Assembly (NCBI RefSeq): GCF_000143415.4
Contig: NW_003314379.1
Span: forward strand, 186,001 to 250,000
DNA: 64,000 bases
Origin: Selaginella moellendorffii
Taxonomy: Eukaryota > Plantae > Lycopodiophyta
Reading direction: 5' to 3'
In this document: one piece after another, positions 45,257-57,853 of the stretch
How positions within the stretch are numbered: the stretch's first letter is position 1
Layout: every line of letters starts with the position of its first letter
The notes under the pieces: generated by a model
What the model was told of the DNA's origin: nothing
The model's input: only the letters and a program-made list of their open reading frames with translations
Databases searched by the model: none
Program-made: the position numbers and the translations under genes

Positions 45257-46781
45257 TCATGGGAGTATGAAACTGGTAATCTGATCGTGCACGACAGTTC
45301 CAAACCAGATCTTCCCATCTTTTTCATACACTTCGCTTATAAGTTTCACGATCCGGGCCTCGCGGTCTTCCAGCCGCCGGAGCAGCCGCCCCGCTTGTCA
45401 AACAGCGCCACAACCGAGTACATCTTCTCCCCGACTACGTACATGATCCAGCTCAAGGGAACCGGCACCCGGAACACGAGCGACTTTAGCCACGGAGTGG
45501 AGGTCATGATCTCCTGGATCCTGTTTCGGCAGCAGTCGATGGCCACCCAGAACTGGCCCTTGTCGTTGATACGAACGTTGTCAGGATAGCCAGGAAGATC
45601 AGCGAAAACTTCGAGAGTTCCAGTTAAGTTACCTTTGAGCCATAACTTGAGAACCCTGTCAAGAACACGAGCAAAGCTTTTTAGAGAAGCTACTGATGCC
45701 ATAGCAAAATACAACAAGATCAATATGTATAACCTGCAATTGGTTGTCTCGACTACCAGGAGGAAAGATTGATCGCTTGCGAGCTGGACTCCGTTAGCAA
45801 ATGCTAGGCCGCGAAGAACCACCACGGCGTTGCCTGTGTTTGGATCATACTGAAGTAGACGGCCTGTATTCTCTCCTTCAACGATCACCATGTGATGTAA
45901 CCTGTATTGAAATGGAAAGAAAAAAGAGCAAGAAAAAGAAGCCATACTAAAAAAACATTTCTGGCAAAAAACTGCGACTCAAAGAGCATGGAAGATCAAC
46001 TATACAAAGAAAAAGAAAGAGAGCAAAGTGTCATGGAAGTTGAAGAAAGAAATTCTCCAAGAACAAAGACCCGAAGTGGAAATGAAAAGAACCTGCGATT
46101 CCAGCGCGTGCTTGTGTCGGTAAAGTAGATTGGGATGAACATCGAGATCGTTGGCAAACTTGATAGGAATCCCTTCCACCTCGCACCAGAGGTCTCGCAA
46201 TCCCACCCTTGGGGCCAACAACGAGCAAACCATAGTAAGAATCGGCAATGTAGAGATCGCCCGGGCGAGGATCGAAGCGGAATCCCAGCGGCCTGCCAGA
46301 GACGTGCTCGTTCCTCACCCGCCGTCGTGGATTGTCTCTATTGTCGCATTCTTCCCTGTTCCTACAAAGAAAGAAGATGAAGAACCCACCCTAGAAAATA
46401 TTTTGCTTACCAGTTGATCGATGAGAGGGCAAACGTTTCCCATCCGCGATCCGGCATCCAGCGAACGATCCGGCCATCGCCCAGCCCAGTGTAAGGCCCA
46501 TTCCCCTGTGGATTGAACTCGATGCTCTCGGGGCCGAAGAGGCGATCCTGGAACTCGATGCTTGCGAACTGGAGCAAGCTATCGTTGCGCGATGGCCACT
46601 TGGGCAGGATGCTCTTAAGAGGAGCGATCTGGTGCTTCACGGGGTAGTATTTGAGGCCGCCCAGCGGCCCAGGCAGGATCGCGCAAAGAATCGCGGCTGT
46701 GGCGGCTATAATGGTGATGGACACAAATCTCTTCTTGTTCTTGAGCTTGGAGAAGGCGCCGTCTTTGAAATTTAGCTCCAT
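45257..46781 (-). pseudogene. Strictosidine synthase-like (LAP3/SSL-type) gene with three frameshifts
   Basis: GPESIEF..GPYTGLGDGRIVRW, GRPLGFRF..LYIADSYYGL, GRLLQYDP..GLAFANGVQL, GYPDNVRINDKGQFWVAIDCCR. Frame breaks at ~46185, ~46130 and ~45388. Confidence 0.85.
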
Positions 46782-47492
46782 TGATTGATCCAAGACTCTT
46801 TCCGGAGAAACCATTCAAATTTTCTTCCAAGCTTCTTCTCTTCTTCTTCCATGCCAATTTCATGGGACACGAAATTGTGGAGTCACCTACCAGAACGTAC
46901 TATCTTACTACCCTAATCTCTGACCCAAGGTTTTGTTTTGTAAAGTCCTTATATGAGGCCACCATGAAATGGCACTGTCCAATGACAATGGTGCTGGATG
47001 GTGCATTGTCCGGACTGTTGTGTTGAGTATATCATCGTTCTCCAATAGCAATTCCTGTTCTTTTTCATTTTCGATTATCACATTGCTCTTCTTAACAATT
47101 CACAATTTTATTATTGATTTGTATTTCAAAAAATCTTCCAATGCTATTGTTCAGTTGTTTCCTTAGAATAAATGTTACATTATATCCACTGTTTCTGGGC
47201 TAATCCAAGTTAACCTCATTCCCTCCTAGTCGACCGCATGGGGTAAAAATAGTTAACCCAAACCATCGTTTAGATAATAAGTTCACTTTAAAAGCTTTTG
47301 ATAGCTCTTTAACTCCAGTGACTAGAACTGTTGAGTGTTCTCTTGTTCCATTACATAATGGATTTATCATCTTGCAATGTATCATTGCATCATTTTCTGC
47401 TCCATGCATTTCTTTCAAAGGTATTACAAAACTTTCCTGTTTGTACTGCTGCAGTGGTGAAACATTCAGATGAACTTTCCTCCTATAGCACC

Positions 47493-49489
47493 TCAGAGGT
47501 GTTTTGTGGATTCGATTTTCTGTAGAAAATGCTCAATCAAATTTAAATCATCCGAGGCATACCTTTCAACAATCATATCCTCCAGGTCAAGATCAAGCTG
47601 AGCATAACTCGCCCTCAATGAAACTGAATCGTCGTGGTTGATTTGAATGGGTTTGTAGCGCAGAGAGCAGAACAGATAGAACGCCAGGTTGACAAAGCTG
47701 AGTATTGTTAGAAACCAGAAGTAGTAGTCAAGGTTACCGCGGTTAAGATCATCGGGGAGCCAACCTGTGACTTTCGTAACTAGCACCACCTGCAAACTGC
47801 TCAGATAATTCCCCAAGGCAAATGAGCACTGGGACAAAGCCAGTCCTACGCCCCTCATGGCATCAGGTGACTGCTCGTAAAAGAAATCCAGCTGCCCAAT
47901 GTAGGCAAACACCTCAGACAGGCCGACCAGAAAGTATTGTGGTAGCTGCCAGAAGACGCTCAGAAGAGGAGCTGAATTTGTTCTTGCCACGGACTTCAAC
48001 CTGAAGATCTCCACAACAGCGGCACAGACCATTGCAGTTGTTACAACTACCTTGCCGGTTCCCATTCGTTGCAGGTTGGTAATTCCGCGCTCTTTGCCTG
48101 TTAACTTACGGGCTGCTGGAACTAGAAGCCACTCATATGCAGGACTGCATATGATGACACTTAGCGTGCAAAATGTTGACAAAGATCCTGGTGGTATTTT
48201 GAAGTTGCCTACCAGCGTGTTCATACCAGCACCTTGCTCGACAAACAGAGTGCTCACTTGTGTGTACAATGTTGAGAATATGATCGTTGTTGACCAAATA
48301 GGGAGGAGTCGCATCATAGATTTCACCTCTTCAACTTGTGTGACTGTGCAAAGCCGCCATGAAATGTTAATATCATCGTGAGTATCGAGTTTCACTGCTG
48401 CCTTATCAAGAAATCTAGGAAGGAAAAATGTCCGAGTTATAGTCGACTACAGGTCTGAAAGTTTTAAGTGTTTACCTGAAATTGGGAGTATGCTGGATCT
48501 TACGACTTCCTTGAATAGCGGAAACAGCAGAGTCAACCTCATAAAGCTGAGAGCTGTCTGAGGGAACTTCTACATACAGTTTGAAAGCGGCTGCAGTGAA
48601 GACCTTGACTACTCTGGTTAAAGGATTACCACCTGTTTTTTGATGCCGATATAGTCGAGTGCCAATCAAGAAGATTATAATCGATGCTGCTGCAGCAGCT
48701 GTAGATATAGCGAACCCACAGCTCCAGCTCACACTGTCTTCAACATAGACAATAAGCGTAGCTGAAATAATTGCTCCAACCATCATGGACATGTAATACC
48801 AGCTGAAGAAGGTGGCGGCCTGCTTTTGTTCAAGAGGATCCTCCTTATCAAATTGATCACCTCCGAATGATGAGATGCAAGGCTGATATCCTCCATAACC
48901 TACAGCTACTGTGTAAAGTCCAAGATACAGTAGCGCTTTCTGTTCCAGTGTGCTAACGGAGCATGTTGACACGTTCATTTTGCAAGGTGAAGGTTTTAGT
49001 GAGGGCAGAGTTACGGTGAGTGTAAGTACCACCATTCCCTAAATGATAACATGTTAGAGAACAAAATTCTATTCTCAACCTCTTACCAGAAGGTAGATGG
49101 TAAGAAATATGAGATTTGTACGATATTTTCCCCAGTAAGCATCAGCAAGGAATCCACCCAGTAAGGAGCTGAGGTAGGAAGTCCCAACCCAGTTAGTAAC
49201 GGCATTAGCTGCTTCTGAATTACGCTCATGTAGTACTCTACTGAGATAGAGAACTAAGTTAGTCCAAACACCGCAGAAGCCAACAGAAGCAAATGTTTGA
49301 GTTCCTGAGAGGAAGAAAAATCTGAAATGCAAACTAAGATAAAAGGAAAAACATACCCAGAATATATGGTGATGTGCACCATCCACCTGTTGAGCCCTTG
49401 GCTGCAGGCTTCCCAAACCAATCCACAGTCCCATCTCTGGTTGTTGCATCCTGCTGCTCCTGCTCCAATTCCTCATGAATTTTGTCCAT
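47493..49489 (-). CDS. NPF: NRT1/PTR family (NPF) transporter, NPF7-like
   Basis: Four exons from ATG 49489: DGTVDWFGKPA..TGGW, GGFLADAYWGKY, FGGDQFD, GGNPLTR, LCTVTQVEEVK, QLDFFYEQSPDAMR, LNRGNLDYYFW. Confidence 0.93.
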
Positions 49490-50654
49490 TCCACAAGAAA
49501 CAAGGATCAGCCCTACACTAATGAAGAACTACCACACATGTAAGTGCTCAAATAGTCTTATAAAGATCCATATTCCACTAGGGGTAGTTTTTTGCCCTTA
49601 GCCAATCAAATGAGTTGAGATTCAATAAAGTTGCCTACCACTTTGGGATGGTATCAACTAATAAAATTTTGTTGAGTCATTAGAAGTGGTGATTCAGAAT
49701 TGGGTGCTACAACTTCCATATTAAATTTGAGATAAAAGATGAAAGTCAAAAAAGCATCAAATAGGAGCTTTTGCATTTTGTAGAATTTCAATCATACTTA
49801 AATATATGTGCAATAGGCATCTGCATTAAATTCAAGCACAATCATCAAAATTTCATACAAATATCCAGGTAGAGACTAGCAATTGAATTAGCCTGGAACT
49901 CCCACACCACCTCATCACTGTCTATTGTGTAATATGGCCGAGGTGGAGGACATATACAACATTATGATCTCCAAGTTAGATTATAAGTGGTTTTTTTAAA
50001 ATATTTTTTTTTTTTGCATTTTTGTGATGAAAAAAATGAAAGTTCATGTGGGATGAAAAGGACCCTCCATATACATCTTTTGCTCCAGGCATGGTACTTC
50101 ATCATTATCATGTAGGAACCAAGTGCTTTGTATGTTGGAGGCCTACAAAAGTCCATTTATGAGTACAAATGCTTCAAGGATTACTTTCATTGGGTGTGGT
50201 TATAAGGCTATTAAAAAAGATGTGATTAGAAAAGTCTTTAACAAAATGAAGAGCTCTTGATATTAGAAAGTAAATCCACATTCCATCCCCCAAATCAAAG
50301 AATTGAAACATCCAAAAAAGACATTTCTACAAGCACAAAAGTTTAACCTAAATTTGAAAATGTGGCTTCGCATTTGGTGCCAGTCCACAATTCTCATATA
50401 GATATAATGAAATTGGTATGGAAAAATAGAAGGTAGGAAGAAGGTTGAGGAAAAAATCTTGGATCAATCTATGGAGCTAAGTATTTTCTTCTTAAAAGAC
50501 CATAGCTTTTCCAAGCTCAAAAACAAAATTTTTCTCCATTATCAAAGCAAATAAAGCTGTAATTCATTTTTAAATCCTACATTGGCAAGTTACAGACAAG
50601 GGTGGAACTCTACACTTAGACTAGAATGTTGAAATAGTGTCAAACTTCGTTTAA

Positions 50655-50985
50655 TTTTGTTTTATGTGCTAGTATTGGCTTTGAGATTTTGGATGTTTTC
50701 ATAAATTTATCTATGAGTATTGGAAGTTATCAGTTGGTAAGTCCTTTTGGATATGTTTCTTTTACTGCCATAACAATAGGAGGTTGGTATTATTAATTCC
50801 TTTTATCAGTCTTTATGCAAACTAAACTTTGTTTTACATGTTAGTATTGGCTTTGAGATTTTGGATGCTGTCACAAATTTATCTATAAGTATAAGAAGTT
50901 ATCTCTTGGTAAGTCCTTTTAAATACTTTTCTTTTACTGCTATAACAGTAGAAGGTTGGTATTACTAATTCCTTTTGTTAATCTC
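50655..50985. repeat. ~170-bp tandem duplication, 2 copies
   Basis: tagtattggctttgagattttggatg...gaggttggtatta.taattcctttt occurs at ~50670 and ~50842. Confidence 0.85.
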
Positions 50986-51589
50986 CACCTAAGCTAGTTT
51001 AAAAATTGGTTTACACATGTGCACTTAACTAAAAGAGCATAAAGATGGAATTCCTAAATGTTATCAAACAAATATATTTGATTTGATTAGAAAAACCTAT
51101 TTTTTAGCTTATATTTGTTAGTGGTAAGAACCCTTTTGATATTGAGCTTAGTTTCTTAATACTCACTAAATGATAAATTACTATATCTGCTAAAGCACTC
51201 TTATTATCATTCCCTATATATTGGTCCTATTTCAATTCCATTAGTTATTTATGTAAAGTGTCTAGACTTGCCAGTTAAGCATATTTATAGAATGTAGAGC
51301 TTGAATAAAATGGTGTTATTTAGATTCAAAATATAGTACCATTTCATATTTAGTAAGTTTTCAAGATTGTCCCAAAGACTAGTTCTTAGAACTAAGGTGA
51401 AAGCCTAAAGTGTGTTTTCATATTTGGGGGTAAGGAATAATGAAGGGTTTCAAATGTATAGTAAAGATAATGGGTATATTAGGCATGATTAATTAACCTA
51501 AGATATTATCTAACTTCTTGTTAGATATATCTATCCTTGTTTTACATCTTTTTTAGGTTGAAGCCCAAACTCCATCCTATGCTAGCTAG

Positions 51590-52010
51590 TGGACTATCCA
51601 TATCCTCGCATTATACTATCTATATGCTAAAATAGCACTAAATCTATTTTGCATATTGGTCTTAGCATTAGATGCTTTAAGACTATTTTAATATCGCTTT
51701 GTCTTTTGATAGTTTGCTCTTTGCTTATATGCTTAGAAGTTTAACTTTATCCTTTCATTCTATGATGCAAGGCCTTGAAATCTTGAGTTCCACTTTGTTT
51801 TCCTTGGCATATGTGTCCAAGGATTAAATTATGCTAGATGGTTATCCAATTAATTTACTATAGGGTATAGAGTGAAAACTATATGCACTACATTTGGTAT
51901 CGAAGGATTAGTTTTAGCGAGTACTATCCAGTGAGATTAAGCAATTAGTTTTATTGCATATACAGAGATGAAAAAAAAGATCTTAGTGAGTACATGTATG
52001 GTTGTTATAG
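51590..52010. repeat. Old ~430-bp direct repeat; second copy at ~58360..58760
   Basis: Shared blocks ctttaagactattttaatat, tccttggcatat, gtgaaaact, gtactatccag and gcaattagtt appear in the same order on each side of the chromovirus. Confidence 0.65.
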
Positions 52011-53470
52011 CTTTATATATCTTTTGTATAGCTTTTGGTATATACCATTATCTGGTTTCCCGTTGGGCATGTTTATCCTTCTTTTGTTAGGAATCCCCCA
52101 ATTCTTGCCACATTCTTGACTCTCGCCAGATTCCTGACCTGCAGATCACATTCCTGACTCTCGAGACACTTCCCTATTCCTGACTCTCAATTTCCTGTAC
52201 GATTCCTGAGTCTCGAGCCACATTCCTGATGATGATGTGGCGCCTCCTCGACCTCAACTATATTTAGGCCATCCTCGATCCAAGAATGGTGGAGTTTCAT
52301 CAACCTATAGTATATATAGATTAGCCTTGTTCCATTTCTCCATAATCTGAATCAACGCCAGTCTAAGGCCTCTTCTTCATTTCCACTAGCTTTTCTCTTT
52401 ATCTTTTGCATTTTTCAGTCTTGATCTTGTTGGGGGTTTTGACAGTTTGATTTAGATTGTGTTTTTTTTTTTTTTGCTTTAGCTCATTTTGATTGTTTGA
52501 TTGCCTTTGCCTTTTTCCCCCTTTTTCCTTTCTTCTTTGCCAATGGAATCTCCAAGCCATCTTGATTTCTTTGCCGAAGTCCTTGCAAAAATCCAGTCTG
52601 AGAATACCTTCTTTGCATGCAACAGGAGCTTGTTTCACTTTTGGCTCAAGGATCCAGCAAAGTTCCTGAACCAAAGGTGAGTTTCCTGGCGAAATTTTCA
52701 GGCAAGCGTTTGGAGCTTTGCGGATTCCTAAACCAAATAGAGCTGATCTTCGCACTTCAACATCGGCGGTACCCCACTCCCGAGTCTCAAATCGGCACGA
52801 TTGGGACGTTACTTGAAGGTGCAGCTTTGTTATGGTTTTCTCCTCTCATAGAGAAGAGCATAAAAGGGGTCGTGGTTCCGGAGCTGATGGATCTTCAATT
52901 GTTCAAAGAGAAGTTTAAAACATGTTTTGGCGAGATGGATCAAGTTCGGGCTGCCACCACAAAGATGAGATGTTTCTTTCAGGGGTCTCGTCCTGCCTCA
53001 ATCTATGCTGCGGAGTTCCAACTCCTTGCCTTGGACACTCAGTGGGATGAGCAGGCCTTGATTGATCAATTTCGTTTCGACCTCAACAACGGTGTCAAGG
53101 ATTTGTTGCTCACCATGGAGGATCCCACGGACTTGTCGGACGCCATCAAAAAAGCTATTCAATGCGACAATCGTCTCTTTGAACGTCATTAGGAAAGTCG
53201 CCACGCTGCCATTTTCCCGTCCCAGACTCAGGAATCCCAGCTTGAGTCTTTGGGGCATACTCCTGAACCTATTGCTCCAGTCCCGATGGATATTTCTGGT
53301 ACACCCCAACTTATCAGAGGGAAGTTGAGTCCTGCTGTGAAGCAACATTGAATATCTCATAATCTTTGCCTCTACTGTGTTGATCCTAATCACAAAGCAG
53401 CTGTGTGTCCCAAAAAGCCTCCTCGACTACTCGAGTTCACTTTGCCTCAAAGTCCACCTTTGTTGCAGTC

Positions 53471-53520
53471 GGGAAACGACCCTGTCCAAACAAAGTAGGA
53501 GCTGTCTGTTTGGACTCCCT
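53471..53520 (+). promoter_or_regulatory. Programmed -1 ribosomal frameshift signal (gag-pol)
   Basis: G GGA AAC heptamer 53471..53477, 6-nt spacer, 9-bp stem gtccaaaca/tgtttggac (53484..53492 and 53507..53515). The gag TAG lies in the loop and the -1 frame is open. Confidence 0.8.
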
Positions 53521-56500
53521 GAATAAAACTCACTTTTCTTCTTTATCAAGCTCCTCACCACCTTTCATTAAAGCCACCACCAATTCCCGCAACTTCCGCG
53601 TCCCATGTCTCCTTTCTTTCATCGGATAATCAGGACTTGAGGCTCTAGCACTACTGGACTCGGGTGCAACTTTCTGCTTCATGGACACGGACTTTGCTGC
53701 CCAACATCACGTTCCTTTTTCTCCTACCATACAAGATCTGAGGGTTGAAGGCATTGGCGGGCATTTTGTGTTTCCATCTTTTGGACTTAGGGAAACGTTG
53801 CCTGTTTGAGTACACATCAGGTCCACCATCACTGATATCGCCTTCAACATCATCAATAGCAAGTCCTCCTCTATGGTGCTTGGTCTTCCTTTGTTCCAAC
53901 TATATCAGCCTTGATCTGTTAGAAGGAATTACAGTTCGTCTCTCCCACATCACCATCTCCTACGGCTTCCCTTACTGTTCATCGAGTCCGAATCAGGAAA
54001 AGTTCCCTAAACTCAAATCAGAGATCTATTCCTAACTTTACGAAGTTTTCACCCTCTTCTTTTTCCTCTCTTCCATTTTACACTGGACAGTATCCTCCTC
54101 TCATCATTCCATTTAGTCGTACGCCTCCTCCTATCTCCACAATCACTATGAAAGAACTCCTTTATGAAGAACCTATTTTCCTTTTTGCTTTGCATGTTTC
54201 TCCTGTCAGTCTTCCTGAGAAGTATCATGATTTTGGGGATGTGTTTGACAAAAAAAAAGCTAGTGTACTGCTTGTTCAATGGCCTTATGACTGTCCCATT
54301 GATTTACAGAAAGGAGCGTCACCTTTGTGGGGGCCTATCTACGGGTTATCCCTGTTCAAGCTTAAGGCCCTCAGAGAGTACGTGGATGAGAACCTTGCCT
54401 CGGGGTACATTCAGCATTCACAGTCCCCGATTGGAGCGCCTGTCTTCTTTGTCAAGAAGAAGGATGGGAGTTTGCGGCTAGTCATCGACTACCGAGGTTT
54501 GAACAAGGTGACTGTTTGGAACCGTTATCCATTGCCCCTGATCTCGGACCTGTTGGAACTCCTTGGCGGTGCCCACTTCTTCACCAAAATTGACCTCCGT
54601 GGAGCATACAACCTGATCTGGATCCGGCCTGGTGATGAATGGAAGATTGCATTCCAAACCCGCTATGGCCAGTTCGAGTACACTATCATGCCATTTGGCT
54701 TGACAAATGCTCCAACAGTTTTCCAACACATGGCGAATGACGTCTTTCAGGAGTTTCTTGATCAGATGATGATCGTCTACCTCAATGACATCCTTATCTA
54801 CTCAAAAACTCAGGAGGAGCATGACGAGCATGTGCGCAAGGTGTTGGTGAAGCTGTGGGAACATGGCCTATACCCAAAGCTTGAGAAATGTTCCTTCGAT
54901 CAAGAGTCTGTGGAGTTCCTTGGGTACATTGTCACTCCTAAGGGTATCATGATGGATCTTGCCAAAGTCAAGACTATTCTCGAATGGGAGCCTCCACAAT
55001 CAATGGCGGACGTTCAAGTTTTTCTTGGCTTCGCCAACTTCTACCGCAAAATTCATTGATCACTACTCTGACATTATCCTTCCTTTCACGCATCTCACTC
55101 GCAAGAATGTTCCCTTCTCTTGGTCTGCTGCTGCCCAGTAGGCCTTCGACACACTCAAGGCGGCCTTCAGTTCTACTCCCGTTTTGATCCACGCTGATCT
55201 CTCACAACCTTTCTTCATCGAGGCTGACGCCTCCGACTTTACCATCGGTGCTGTGCTGTCTTAACTCGGAGCGGATCAAGAATTTCATCCGGTCGCCTTC
55301 CATTCTCGGAAATTCTAGCCTGCGGAGATCAATTACGAAATCCACGACAAGGAGCTTCTTGCCATTGTGGATTCCTTTGGAGAATGGCGTCGTTTCTTAG
55401 AGGGGGCGGGCCATCAAACAACGGTCTAGATAGATCACAAAAATCTCGAGTACTTTGCCACTTCTCAAGTTTTGAGCCGTTGTTAAGCAAGGTGGGCACA
55501 ATTCCTGAGTCAGTTTGACTTTGTTATCAAGTACAGACCTGGAAAGCTTCAAGGCCTTCTTGATGCTCTTTCAAGGCACTCCTATCTCAGTCTCAGGCTT
55601 GGTAGTCCTGGCTTCGATCAATAGGATCAAGTTATCCTTGGTCCTGATTGGATTCAAGTTATGGCAATTTCCTTGGCTCCTCAGGACTCCTCCTTGATGG
55701 ATGCGATCAGAAACGATCTTCAATCTGATGACCTTGCTAACGACACTTTTCCCCATCTTCAGGCTGAACACACAGTGACTCCTGACTGCTAGTGATTTGA
55801 CGAGTTCGAGTTCTTAGATGGCTTGTTGTACCATGAGGAGCAGCTTTACGTTCCTGAAGATGATGTTCGAAGGTTGATCCTGATGGCGTGCCATGATAGC
55901 CAGACTTCTGGTCACTTCGGCATTGCGAAAACCTATGAGTTGGTTGCATGGGACTTTTGGTGGCCTCACATAGACGACTACATCAAAGCTTTTGTTACCT
56001 CTTATGACACTTGCGCCCAGAATAAGGTACCTCACCACCTTCCTTGATGTTTGCTTCGTTCCCTCCCGGTCCCTTCAGGTCCTTGGGAATCTATCTCCAT
56101 AGATTTCTTGAGTGATCTTCCAAGTTCTAGAAGCTTCAACAACATTTTAGTTATGGTGGATCACTTCACAAAGATGGTGCACTTCCTGCCGTGTACCAAG
56201 GAGTTCTTGGGTGAGGACATGGCAAAACTGGTATTCAGGGAAATTTTCCGACTTCATGGGATTCCTGCAGATGTGGTTTCGGATCAGGGACTTCAATTCA
56301 TCTCTCATTTCTGGCAACGGTTTTTGCAGCTGCTTGGAGTGAAGGCCAACCTCTCTTCGGCGTATGATCCTCAAACTGATGGCCAGTCCGAGCGAACGAT
56401 TCAGACGTTGGAACAATTTCTGAGGTGCTTCATCAACTATCATCAGGATGACTAGTTTGATATCCTTCCCCTTGCTGAGTTCTCCTATAATAACTCTGTT

Positions 56501-57180
56501 CACTCCTCTTTTCGAGTTTCCCCCTTCTTTGCGAATTCTGGCCGAAATCCCCGATTCAATCTCTCATTTCCTTCTCCATCCGAATCCTCTCATTCAAATC
56601 CCCGCTTTGAGGCATTTGTCTCCAACCTCCAGGAAATCCACAACTCCATCTCCTTCCACCTCCATCGTGCTCAGGAATCTCACAAAACATTTGCTAATGT
56701 CCATCGTTAGGATTGTCCCCCTTACAATATCGGGGATAAAGTTTGGCTCCTTAGGTGAAATATCTCCACCACCAGGCCATGTCCCAAACTCAATTTCAAA
56801 CACCTCGGTCTTTTCCCTATCATTGCCATCATTAAGCTTGTCACTTATCGCTTTACACTTCCCTCCTCATATCAAATTCATCCCGTTTTTCACTCCTCTC
56901 TCCTTGAGCCTTATATTCCCAGTCCTATTCCAAATCGGGTCATTCCTCTGCCTCCACTAGTGCAGCTTGAGGATGGGTTTGAGTATGAGGTTCAGGACAC
57001 CCTTGATTCCAAAATCTCATGGTCTAAACTCTACTATCTAGTCGATTGGAAGGGTTATGGACTTGAAGACCACACTTGGGAACCTACAGACAACCTGATT
57101 CATTCTCCTGACCTTGTTAAGGACTTCCACCGCTACTATCCTTTTCGTCCCAGTCTTCATTCTTTTTCTCCATCTCCTGT

Positions 57181-57853
57181 TGTAGTGCACCTTATCTCTC
57201 TCCCCTTAAGCCAATTGGAAAAAGGGCAATTGTTTGATAAAAGAGCCCTTAGTGGTTATTTTATCCCCATTTATCCCCCAAGGTTCCAAAGATCCATAGT
57301 GACAGTATATCCAAATCTCATCCCATAATCACATGCGCTACACTCACCCCCCCTTCAGAGATGTTAATATCTTCATTGACTATTGATTAATAACCCCTAC
57401 TAAACCAAAGGGAACCAACACCTCCATTTCCGCACAAAATCTTCCAATCCTTCCATTGTGTAGACCAGCTATTCCATGTGAGGCAACTAGTCATTCACCC
57501 ATACCACAGTCCCACGGTGGATACCTTCGTCTGGGATGCTCCACAAGAGGAAGGACGTACGCATAGATGCCCAATACATACGATTTTCAAATTTAGGGGT
57601 AAGAATATACCTTACTCAAGGGTATATTATATTTTAGGTAGCCACTAATCAATGGGAATCAAACACGTGCTATTTGCTCTGATACCAACTGTAGTGCACT
57701 TTATCTCTCTCCCCTTTTTCTAATTGGAAAAGAGGCAATTGCTTGATGAGAGAGAGCCCTTAGTGGCTATTTTATCCCTATTTATCCCCCAAGTTTCTAA
57801 GGATCTACGGTGATAGTATATCCAAATCTCATCCCATGATCACATGCGCTACA
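57181..57853 (-). mobile_element. Non-coding TRIM nested in the chromovirus 3' UTR
   Basis: LTRs 57181..57342 and 57690..57853, TSD CCTGT, minus-strand tRNA-iMet PBS TGGTATCAGAGC (57687..57676), PPT next to 57343. Confidence 0.93.
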
